The translations under genes and the position numbers were made by a program. A DNA stretch of 63,485 bases, counting the filler, from Guillardia theta CCMP2712 (Eukaryota > Protista > Cryptophyta): assembly GCF_000315625.1 (NCBI RefSeq). It is 3 parts of 3 records of this genome, joined end to end, with 100 filler letters (N's around TTAATTAATTAA, not from the genome) between each part and the next. Parts side by side here need not be neighbours in the genome. Positions count along the whole stretch, not along the records: positions 1 to 20,080 come from NW_005434349.1; positions 20,181 to 36,051 come from NW_005434322.1; 1 more part is not named here. One strand, given 5' to 3'. Positions within the stretch are counted from its first letter, which is position 1. Each line of letters starts with the position of its first letter. Shown here one piece after another: positions 16,432-27,671 of the stretch. The notes beneath the pieces were generated by a model. It had not been told where the DNA came from. It searched no databases and worked only from the letters and a program-made list of their open reading frames with translations.

Positions 16432-17236
16432 CGTCAAGATTCAACGGATATGTAACGATTGAAACGATCAAGTAACGGATATTTGCAAGTCCGCCTCATA
16501 ATGATAAAAATTGACTTCGAGATTTCGTACACTTCCGTGGGCTTGGTAAGGGGTGGGTGGTGGAGGAAGGGGTGGGGTACTTATGGGGTGGGGTACTTAT
16601 GCGCGACATCAGGAAATACAAGTCAATCGAGGGGTGCGAAGGAGTTTTTGATAAGGGGTGGTAGGGGTAAATTCTTTCAAGGGGTGGGGTAATTTTGCAG
16701 ACCGTGGGTTCATTATCAAGAGTTAATCACACCGGTACTTTTGTAGTCGAAAGGAGGGGTACATGTTCACTATGGGGGTGCGGGAATATATGGGATATCT
16801 TGACTATGAGGCTTCATGATTGACCAATTTATGACTACAAGCATGCTGAATGCTTTGGTGGTGTCGCCCTACCAGGAGCGTGTGGAGGAGGGGAGCACAG
16901 AGCAGGGAGCAGGGTCGAGAGGAGCACGAGCAGGGCAGGAGATGAGCCAGGAAGACAGACGGACGGCCAGCTAAGTAGAGATGGGACAGAGAAAACCAAG
17001 AGTCGGGAAAGGGGGCAAAAAGTGAGAGAGGGGCGGGGAGAGGAAGGTAGAGGAAGGGAAGCGAGGGTATTTGGAAAGATGAAACCATGGATTCGATCCT
17101 TGTCTGACCCCCATTCTGCTTTTTCTAGGGGATTCCCCTGCCCGTCTAGCTGCATTGGGCAGTGACGTGCTGGCCAGGGAAGGGGGGAGGGGGTATGATC
17201 CAACCTAGAAGCAACCGTCCAGTGCGCTCATAGCCG

Positions 17237-19950
17237 ATGATTCATTCCCACGGGATGATGCTGGAGGCTGGTGAACGCCGTGTGGAACGGCGATACGCAT
17301 TCTATGGCGGGTCAGTCGGACTCGCCATTTACCTGGCGCTCGCCTGCTGGGCGCTCCTGCAGCCGCAGCCTGAAAGTTTCGATGCGGCGTTCCATGCTCA
17401 TCTCTCCGCGTCGGATCCTTCCATGCTCGCGGAGAAGGGGCAGGATGAGGCCTCGTGCTGTGAGAGGTACCCCTTCCTGTCGATGGACATCGAGCTGGCA
17501 TACGATACCATCCTCTACCGCGCTCCTGACCTGCGGGGCAAGAATTGGTGGTGCGAACAGATCGTGAAAGGGAGGGAGAGCGTTCCTTCGATGAGGATGA
17601 AGTTCTACAGGTCGGAGTGGAAGAGCGAGGCTGAGAGGTCGGCAAGGAACCTGCTCAAGGAGTTTATTGGCAAGGACGCGTCGTGGGGGGAGATCGTGAA
17701 GCTCGCGAACAAGATCAGGGCGGGGAAGGTGACTGGAAGGATGGTAGAGCACCTGAAGAGGTCGAAGAACCTGCAGGCAGTGGACATAGACATGAAGGAG
17801 CTGGAGGAGATGGAGGTGATCGACAACTTTCCCCACATGGAGATCATTCTGCGGGAGAGCATGAAACTGATCCTGGCGGGGGATGCTAACGTCATGCTGC
17901 TTGGGGACATCTTCACTCCTGGATCGGAGTTCTGGTTTCAGGCAGCGAGCGCTCTCGATCAGCAGTTTCGCGCATGCTACGCTCGCCTCCCCATCATCGA
18001 GATTGACTCGTCGGAGACTGAGGCGCAGAACAACAAGCTGCTCCTCGTCCTCTCCATGCAGGCGAACCCTGGGGACTTGTTTCAGAATTGTCCAGTCGAT
18101 AGGTAGTCACTCAGCCCTCGCTTCCTCCTCCTCCTTATGCCTATCCTCCTCCTCCTCCTGCCCATCCCTCTCCTCCTGCCCATCATCCTCTTCCTGCCGG
18201 CATCCTCCTGCTTCTTCTCCTGCTTCTCCGGCTTTTTCTCCCTCCTGCTTGTCCACATCCTCCTCCTCCCAAGTGTGCGCTGTCGGGTTCCAATCTTTCG
18301 CCGGCTTCATTTGTGTTCTCTCGCTGCATCCTTCACACTCCGTCCCCGTCCCTGGAGCGCCTTGATTGTTCTCTCCTCCTGCGCCTCCTCCTCTCTAATG
18401 CCCCCTGGACTCCAGCAGTAGGGTGACCTTTGTTCGCAGCGGGGACAAGGAGAGCGAGTTTGTGCAATACAAGAAGAGGATGGTCAGACACGCGATTCTG
18501 CTCAACGACGACCTGGCACGGAGCGAGTCCAACTACTGCCTGTGCTCCCTGCGGTACATCCACGAAACCTGCCGGAACTTCGTGGATTTTATCGAGCGCC
18601 TGATTCGGAGAGGGAAGGATATAGAGCAGAGGAGGAGAGGGGGGAACGAGGCTGCCAGGGTCGAGGGGGCACAGGAGGAAGAGGAGGAGGAGGAGAGGGA
18701 CAGGGTGAGGGCAGCGTTGTCTGAGATGAGGAGCATGGATGGAGAGACTCTGGAAGGAGCAGAAGCTCAAATCGTTGAGATCTTTGTTTCCTATCTCAAC
18801 AGAAAACCGTCGACTGGGGTGATTTCTCCTCCTCCTCCCCCTCTTCACCCATTTCCCCTCCCCATCTCGTTTCCCCGTTCGTTTGCTTCCTCCTCCCCCC
18901 TCTTCTTCAATCTTTCTCCTCCTCCTCCTCCTCCTCCTCCTCCTCCTCTTCCTCCTCCTCCTCCTCCTCCTCCTCCTCCTCCTCCTCCTCCTGTCTTTCG
19001 TTTCCTTGTGCCAGTGTCCCCGTGCCCTCTCTTGCTCCCTCCCTGTCACCTTCTCCTGCTCAACTCTTCGTCTCCTCATCCTCCCTGCAGGACATTTTGC
19101 ACTACCTCTCGGCCTACATGTGCTGGAAAACAAAGCTGGAGGACCTCAAACGCGCTATCCTGCACTCCCCTGAAGCACAAAGCTTCCGAGTGGTGAGAGG
19201 AGGAGAGAAGAGAGCCAGGGAGAGGGGAGCCAGGGAGCCAGGGAGAGGAGGGAGGGAGGAGGAGGGGGGGGGCGAAGAGAGGGAGGAAGAAAGTAGGGAG
19301 GGAGGGAGGGAGGGAGGGAGGGATGATTCCATGCTTCCAGCTCTCGCGGGTCGTGGAGGATGCACAAGTCATCTTCAATGTCTCTGGTGAGGGGCTGAAG
19401 GAGGACGTGCTGCATGCCCGCAGAATTGAAGGACGTGGGAAGGGAGAGGAAGGGATCAGCCGCTATCTGTTCTCCTCTATCGAAGTCCTGCGGGAGGAGG
19501 ACGAGGGGGATGGAAGGGGGAAGGAAGAAAACAAACGCAACTTTACAGACAGGCTCAGTGAGTTTGCTGGGATTTTTGAGAGAGCTTACACACAGAAGGT
19601 GAACGAAGCTTCTCCTGAATTAATTGCTACTGACCTGTTCTTCTCTTGCCATTCTATTCTCTCTGTTTCTTTGTACTGCCCCTCCTTTTCTTTTTCATTT
19701 TGATTTCTTCCTCTCCTCTCTCCTCTCTCCTCTCTCCTCTCTCCTCTCTCCTCTCTCCTCCCTCTCTCCTCTCTCCTCTCTCCTCTCTCCTCTCTCCTCT
19801 CTCCTCCCTCTCTCCTCTCTCCTCTCTCCTCTCTCCCCTCTCCTTGCATTTTCCTTCTGCATGCTTCATCTCCTTTTTCAGACAAGTCGTTTTTCGTACC
19901 AAGACGTTCATTTCCGTCGCAATACGCTACATCTGATGAGCAACGATGTG
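17237..19950 (+). CDS. Type-II membrane protein with DUF4214-like helical repeats; 3' end lost in the gap
   Basis: N-terminal TM (GSVGLAIYLALACWALL) and repeats IELAYDTILYRAPDLRGKNWWCEQIVKG, ARNLLKEFIGKDASWGEIVKLANKIRAG and IVEIFVSYLNRKPSTG|DILHYLSAY...LKRAILHSPEA. The last visible exon (~19882-19948) ends at a GT before the gap. Confidence 0.6.
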
Positions 19951-20080
19951 GTGGGTCGACCCTCAACCCTTCGCTTTTCCCCTCATTCTCTTCAATCTCT
20001 TGCTCCTCCTCCTCCTTCAAACCACCACCACTTCCTCCACCATCCTCCTCCATCATCATCATCATCTCCATCATCATCAT

Positions 20081-20180
20081 NNNNNNNNNNNNNNNNNNNN
20101 NNNNNNNNNNNNNNNNNNNNNNNNTTAATTAATTAANNNNNNNNNNNNNNNNNNNNNNNNNNNNNNNNNNNNNNNNNNNN
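20081..20180. other. Assembly gap with artificial TTAATTAATTAA spacer
   Basis: 44 N + TTAATTAATTAA (stop codons in all six frames) + 44 N. Confidence 0.95.
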
Positions 20181-23100
20181 GTAGTGAATATCTTTCAAGT
20201 CCCCGTAATCTGCAGGACAACAATCAGACGAAAGTACGATGCTTCTCACTACCTCTGATCCCACCTGCACCTCTGAACGAAGCTTCAATCTGCGACGTAC
20301 GTGTCAGAGGAGGAGGAGGAGGAGGAGGAGGAGGAGGAGGAGGAGGAGGAGGAGGAGGAAGAGGAGGAAGAGGAGGAGGAGGAGGATTCGTAAAGCCCTT
20401 CTTCCTCGATCAAATCACATATCTAGCTGCAATCTTTCTAGGGAAAGATTGACTCCATGTCCTCACAACAAGACAGAACATCAACATCTGACATGTATCC
20501 TTCGTTGAAGTGAAACATCAACTCCTTCTCACTCGTGTCAACTCACCGTGTATGCATTTCGTGTGAAGTTTCGCCACCCGAAGACTCGACTGCAGCCTTC
20601 TTTCCTGCGCGAAACTCTTTCGAGCGAAGAAAGTCACGTGAGATGATGGAGAAACATCAAGGAGAGGGTGAAAGCAAATGTCCAGATTGAGATGGGGAGA
20701 TTGAGATGAGAAGATTAAGATTTTTGATTTTGCAGCGAACACCATCAAGTTGTGAGGACGGAGGGTAGTCTGATATGATCAGCACAGAAAAGAAAGTTTG
20801 TGAAATGCTCAGCGCAACAAGAGAACACTTCTGATATGATCATCATGACAATATGATCTATGATCATCATGACTGATATGATCATCATGACAATATGATC
20901 ATCATGACGATGTGATCATTATGACAATATAATCATCATGACGATGTGATCATTATGACAATATAATCATCATGACGATATGATCATCATGACGATGTGA
21001 AGGATACTGGATGTGTTGTAGTCTCATGCTCACCGGAAGTTGCAGCTCTTGATGTCAAAGAAACTTGAGTTCATCGACAACAGTGTCTGATAACAAGCGT
21101 GAGGGTCAAAGTTGTCAAAGATCGCAGACAGACCGGCAAGAGCCTCTCAACGTAAGGACGAGACTTCTGGTCCATGGAACGATTCCTGTCCACCAGGGCG
21201 AGGAGAAGAGAGCAAGGAAAGATGAGAGATGGAAAGAGATCAGACTCAAACTTCTTCGATGACAGTTGACGTTGATTATCACCTGTCCGTGGACTCGAAG
21301 TTCCAATACCGACTGCAAGCATGAAGAGCATGAATTGCAAGAAAAAAAATCAGAAGAGGAGTTCACTACAAGAGGAGTAGTTGTTGTAGGATGAGGGAGA
21401 AAGCGGAGGAGGAGCGGGAGAGGAGGAGCGAGGAGTATGAGGAGGGTGTAGAAGGAGGAGAAGCTGAGAAAGAGGAAGAGAAGTTAAAAAGCTGCCGGTC
21501 TTCACCTGTCGCAACCATAACAGAAAATGTTGTTTTTCCTCGAATGTCCGTGGAGATCGATGAAGAGAACAATCTCTTTCTCTGATCGCATGTAACGCAA
21601 GTCAAGTAGAAACTTCATCGGATTTTGTAATGGATGTTCCTGACCTTTCGTGATCCTCTCGAGAAGAGATCTATAGTGAAAGATCGTTGGGTGAACAACA
21701 TCACTGTAGGAAAAGATGAAAGTCATGGGTAGAACGCATGTCACTTCTCCTCCTCCTCCTCCTCCTCCTCCTCTTCCTCCTCCTCCTCCTCCTCCTGCTT
21801 CTGATTCTCCTTCTCATTCTTCCTCTGCTCGTGCTCACCTTGGATTTCTCCATCGCCTGCAGACATTTGAATCACTAGATCGTAACATTGAGATTGACAT
21901 CACGTCCTTCCATACTAGTAACCATCATCTCTTACCACACTTTCATGTCTATCCTCCAGCACGTCATCATCTTCGCCTCTATCATCAACGACTCCATCAT
22001 CATCATCATCCTCATCATCGTCATCATCATCCAGTGATGTCATCAATCACAGCAAGCACAACATAGTCATCGTCATCATCATCATCATCAGCAGCAGCAG
22101 CAAACAAAGCGTATCATAAAGGTTTGGTGACGGTCTCACCTATTGAGATCGTTTCCTCCGAGCCCGCAGCGGTAATTCCCTACAGGGCGGAAGTCAGACG
22201 AGGGAGGGGAGGGCGAGGAGGAGGCGACGATAATCATCACCTATGATCACCCCATCCGGGTTGAGCATCGGAACAATCTTGAAGATGAAAGTGTCCAAGA
22301 GGTTGTCGGCAGTCTTTCATTATCGTCAGCCCCCATCAGGAAGAGAGGAGGAGGAGATAGGAAGGGGGAGGAGACGAGGAGGCGGCAGGAAGGGGGAGGA
22401 AACGAGGAGGAGACAACTCTGTTCGCACCTCGCAGCCACTGAGCAAAAAGTCCAGCAGGCCCTTCATCATCCAGGATGAGTTCGTTTCCCCTGCCATCGG
22501 ACTGGATCATCGAAACACCTCCAACCTCCTCCCTCCGTTCCTCAAACATGCACTCCCTCCTCCTCCCTCCCTCCATCTGTTACACCTACTCTTCGTCCTC
22601 CTGCCCACAACCGCCTCTTGCTGATCTCCCCATCTCACCCGGATGGACTCGGGCGCTAATCGCAATGACCTTCCTCGATCGGAGCACTTCAGGGTCTACC
22701 ACTTGAGATGTCAAGGTGAGGATCTGAAAACATTCTCAGCCTCCTCCATCTCTCCAGAGCTGTCGTTGAACCTCGCAGATGTTCCCAGCCTCGGTATCGC
22801 ACATCCTCTTCCTGCAGGACATGCGGGAAGTCAGGGAAAGGAGGAGACGTTTGAGCAGCAACGATGTCGCCAGACCTCCTGATCTTGCTCGCCTTGTTCG
22901 GATCTGACTGGATCTGGTCGATATGATTTCGGAGGTCTGCGGAGGAAACTCGTTGTGATGCACGGGGAAAGGAGGAGGAAGAAGAGGGATGACCTGTGAA
23001 GGTGAAGGGGTAGCAGTGAGCGATGTACACCCTGTCGCTCCATGTGAGTTGGGCAACACCAGCAGCCTCTGCTGAGAAATCACTTGTCGTCTTGATAACT

Positions 23101-25210
23101 GAACTTCATGGTGAAGGTCAGGGTGTAGAAGAACTTCTCCCCGTTGGCGCTTGTGCCCTCCTGTCCAGAGAGGAAACAGGAGAGTCAGAAGTCGACTAGC
23201 TGGTGACGGCGAGACCTTGTTGGCGCAGGAGGGAGCCGCTGTCTTCTTGACCTGTACGACCGAAAGAGCTCAGAAAGAGCAGACGAAAGACTGAAAGGAG
23301 ATGACAGCGAAGGAAAACGAAGGGAAGTGAATGCTTGTCTATGAAAGCATCGCCTTGCCTTCTTGTCCTTTCTCTTTGTTGTGTTCGGATAGTAGCAAAC
23401 GTTCTCTCCTGCTCTGTACCAACCTGACAGGAAGAACTTCAGCCGCTGGATATCTCATCCCGCAAAGATCTCGATGTCATGCTCACCGATTCCATCGCCC
23501 TCGGTCGATCGCTTCTCCGAGTACACGACAGGGAGGAGGCCGTGATTGTACAGACTGCCAATAAAGGTGTGAAGACATCTTCAACATTCGAAACATCGGC
23601 TCTGTCACCTGTCTGACTTGTAAAAGTTGATGATGTTGAACTGAGACCACATGTAAGAACTAGTGATCAACGTCCACACTGCTGCTGACAACCTTGTACG
23701 GCTGATCCTTGCGGGTGTTCGAGATGGAGAAGTAGAACCTGCGATCATGCATGTTTGACAAGCACGCAAACGGAAACTCCTCGCTCACCACTGGGTGTGC
23801 CCTCTAGTGTTGAAGTCCGTACTGAGCTCCAGATCATACTCCCACTCATTCACTCTGCATCAGCACGGAAATTTCAATGCTGGATTTTGCAGAAAGCCGC
23901 GAGAGGAAGAGCCCAAGGTCTCTTCCTTACCTCACTGCCTTCTCCAAGTTCCCGGACTCAAACCTTGACTCAAACACGAGAGTCGCATCTGGGGAAATGG
24001 TCGACCTCAATGCTTCGAGGGGAGGTGACATCATGTGTACCTTCTTCACCATTCAAGGTGTAGTATGGTTTGACATCCTGCTTCCTGACGTTCTGTCTGA
24101 CGTAGACGATGTCCTGGACACCATGATCAAACCTTACACTATACCTCCCTGACAACAAACCTGCATCGTCTTCGCACTCTGATCATGCGCCCGGTTCTGC
24201 CACGACATCAGACAAGCATGCTCTGTCGCAAACAAGGGAGTCATTCACGTTTGCAACGGCAATCTCATAGAGCGAGTGATCTTTCAACCCGTTGGGGAGT
24301 TTTTGCTGCAGGACGAGCAAAGTGTTAGAAATCCCGCGAAGGCCTTCAAGTGATGTCTGCATCCCCTTACCTTCAAGCACAATCCGATAGGCTCCTTTGG
24401 AGGGCAGCGGTGGACATGCACCGGGGTCCTGAGGGAGAAGAGCTTCAGAAAAATTCGCCTCGCAAGCATCGTGATCAACGGTGAGAGCAGCTGGCTTCCG
24501 TTCCCCGTCTTGATCACCTGTCAACTTCACGTCATCCTGTGAAGGTCACGGCGGCAACCGAGCAACCCACCAGCTCGTTGTCCTCCAATTCCCCCGGCGC
24601 GTAGTAGAGCGGCCTCGGAGTCAACCCTTGGATCACTTTCTGGAGGGCGCTGGTGGGGGAATGTGAGGCTGAGAAGATCTCGAGAGAACAGATGCTGCTG
24701 TACCTGGATCCTGCTTGATTGCCATCCGGAAGGCCTTTCCAGACATGAAAGCGTCAGCAACCTGTTGGGCCGGAGGAAGCAGAGGTGGAAGAGGATTGAG
24801 TGCACCGGAGGATGGAGAGGGAGAGGGAGAGAGGGAGAGGGAGAGGGAGAGGGAGAGGGGAGTGATAAAAAAGACGGAGAAGGGACGAGCACGCAGACAA
24901 AAAGCTGAGATCAGTGATCTCTCAACGAGCTATACCTTCCTCCCTGGAAGTAGCAAGTCAGCGGTCCGACGGGAGCAACGGGGAAGGATGCAGAGGTGAG
25001 TTCGAGCATGGCAGGATCATAACTTACGGGTTGCTGGCGTCGCTGCTAGAGTCAGAGTCTTGAGAATCGGTCTCGGACGCGTATCCGAACTCGTCGAGCG
25101 CTGGCAACGTCAACACCGAGTCAGCACATGGTTCTGATGGGACCGTGACACTCACTGCCGAAATCATCCGGGATCGATAATGCAGATGATGGAACAGTCT
25201 TCTTGATCAT
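20181..25210 (-). CDS. Cytosolic carboxypeptidase (CCP/AGBL/Nna1, M14D tubulin deglutamylase), many exons; 3' end runs into the gap, 5' end uncertain
   Basis: Motifs in order: FESRFESGNLEKAV, EYDLELSTDFNTRGHTQW|FYFSISN, FNIIN, FYTLTFT, VYIAHCYPFT, SARVHPGE (Zn ligands), LKIVPMLNPDGVI|GNYRCGLGGNDLNR, FIDLHGHSRKNNIFCYGC, FDIKSCNF, IEASF (catalytic Glu). Confidence 0.92.
20831..20998. repeat. Intronic degenerate minisatellite (ATGATCATCATGACGAT-like, ~15-nt unit)
   Basis: Repeated atgatcatcatgacaat / gtgatcattatgacaatataatcatcatgacgat units inside a CCP intron. Confidence 0.8.
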
Positions 25211-27671
25211 GGCGTCTTAAATCTTCATCCTAGATGAGAAGGATCAGAGCGAGGTATGCTTTCCTTTGCAAAGCAATTCGCAACGCCAATCAACGGCGTG
25301 AGGTACGATCTCGAAAGGTGGCACCCAATGCGTTGCAGTCAACAGAGATCTACACGGTAAACCCGAAAAACGAAATTTATGCCCTGCTAACGATCAAGAT
25401 GCGCAGAGTTGAGTGCGTCGTCAATCGATTCGAGTATGAAAGCACGGGTTGCAAATTTGAATTCAGGGAACAAGGACGTAACAGAATGCATTCGGATTTC
25501 AAACCAATCTCTCAAAGATGATGCAGATCTATGGACTTTGGAAGAAAGCCTCTAAACAACTGAAAGGTGAAGCTACTGACGACCGTGAAAAGCTTGAAAG
25601 CCACTAGGTTTCGTCAAGGAGGTCAATAGTCGGACAGAGCCATGGCTCCTCGCTGAACAGAAAAGATCCATAACAACCATCCGCAGCTGCTTGAACTCCT
25701 ACAGACATCATCTTATCCTCACTCCTCTTGATTCTTTATGTCTCCTCTCCTCTCTTCCCCCTCCCCTCTCTTCTCTCCGCTCCTCAGCATGGTTTTAGCT
25801 CATGGTTTTATCCCCCACTGCACTAACTTATCGGTTCCGCCACCCCTACCCCCCACCACCCCCATTATCCGCCCTCCTTCAGTATACTTCACTACCCACC
25901 CCTGCTGGTTCTGTCGTGAAAGTCAATATTAGCTGAGTACCCTACCCACCATAGCAAAGTGGCATTAAAGCCCAGGTACTCAGGCCAAGAAATGACTACC
26001 CCTCTGTTTACATTGCAAAATACCCCCTTCTGAATGGAAACACTTACCACCCCACCCTTCTTTTTGAGTCTACGGGACCCCATGTAATTATGAAAGACGA
26101 CCCGGTACCGTACAGTTGAGTGACCCCATACCACCACACTACCCTGACCTTTCTACACCCCTGAATCCCAGGTCAGAAGGGGGGTACAAGTGAGGTCAAT
26201 AGCACTTTGGTATCTCACATTTTTTTTTTGCCAACTCCAATCCTTTTTTTTTTCCAAAAAAAAACACAATGGACCCCCCTTATTCCCTCCAAATGTACCC
26301 CCCACCCGGTCGGGGGGGAGGGGGAACTTCCCGGAAATTGTACCCACCGGATATCCCGGTGTCCCGTGCTACGGTGCCATGTGCCGGCAGTGCCAGTAGT
26401 CGGAGTTGCTCGAGGCCCGGCGCGCGCGGCGGCGGCGGGGCCCCGGCGGCCTGGCGTAGCCGGGATGATCACCGGAAGCCTGAGCCTCTGAGTGAGCACT
26501 GGCCCAGCCCGGTGCCCGACCCACCGTGCGACACTGAAAAGTACAATTCACTTTCGGACCATGTGCGGAGCCTGGCGGGACCGTAACTGTGACGGACCGG
26601 CACGGTGGGGGACCGATGGCGCCCCAGCCTGTACAGTCGGACTGCCGCAGTGCCGCGCGGCCACCGGTTTGCGGCCGGGCCCGGGCCCGCCGGGCCCGGC
26701 CGGCCGACTCTCAGCCGCGATGCACTCGGAATCCCGGTAGTCAGGGAATCGCTTTTCTTGGCTCCCAAAATATTTGAAATTATCTGGTACCTTTTGACAA
26801 TTCACCTCGAAATTAATGGAGGGTTTTAATGAAATCAATGGAATATTGTACGTTACAGATGGAACCGTCAGTCCGCTGTCGGTCTTCCGCTTGAACCATG
26901 TCCTTCCCACAGAGCAACTGCATCTGCTCCTCCTCTCCTCTCCTCTCCTCCCTCCCTCCTGCTCCTCCTCCCTCCTCTTCTTCTATTTCGGAACTTCTGT
27001 TTCTACTTCTCTCCTCCAGCTTGTACACCTCTCCGTTGTGTTCGGCACACTTTCAATACTTCATTTTAGCATCGGTTTTTTAGATTCATTCGTTTTGCTT
27101 GTGGCTCGTGCTGCAATCTGCTGCATTCTAGATGAAGGCATTTGAATTTGTGCATATTTTCACATCAATCTTCTTGCCACATCAATCTTTCTTGTTATCT
27201 GTCAACGAGAACTTCATATAATGCAATACCTTGTCGCGTGCGGGCTTGAGTCGCTTCATGGAAATTGCCGTGAGAGTGACGAATCTGCAGAGCCTTTTGG
27301 TGACTTGTCCTATGACTGTTATGCATACTCTGATTTTGTACGTTCTTCTTACTGTGGTCGCAGGAGGCATCACAATCGCCCCTGTGCACCATTCGCGGGG
27401 CTTGTCAAGGAGGAAGAGGGAGTGATGAACCCTTAGGCTCTTGAGCTTCCTCCTCCCGCGCTGAGGGAAACTTATCCTTGGGGATTGAAGGATACAAGGA
27501 AGGCTGAGCAGAGCTGCTATCCCCTTGGTGCAGGTGTTGATCTGTTGTTGAACACTTCACCCGAGCACATACCAGTGTCTACATGCAGAGGTGCACTGTT
27601 GACTTGAAAGCGTTGTGAAGAACCTCGATACACTGTGTGCTTGGTAGCACCTGGATCAGAGCCCCTCGAAG

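Noticed and set aside
20125-20136. TTAATTAATTAA palindrome (also at 36096-36107)
   Set aside because: It is centred in identical N pads and gives stops in all six frames, so it is an artificial scaffolding linker.
26813-27436. Short ORFs between CCP and TAF2
   Set aside because: No coherent spliced model or recognisable motif could be built; a small gene or TAF2 5' exons cannot be excluded.
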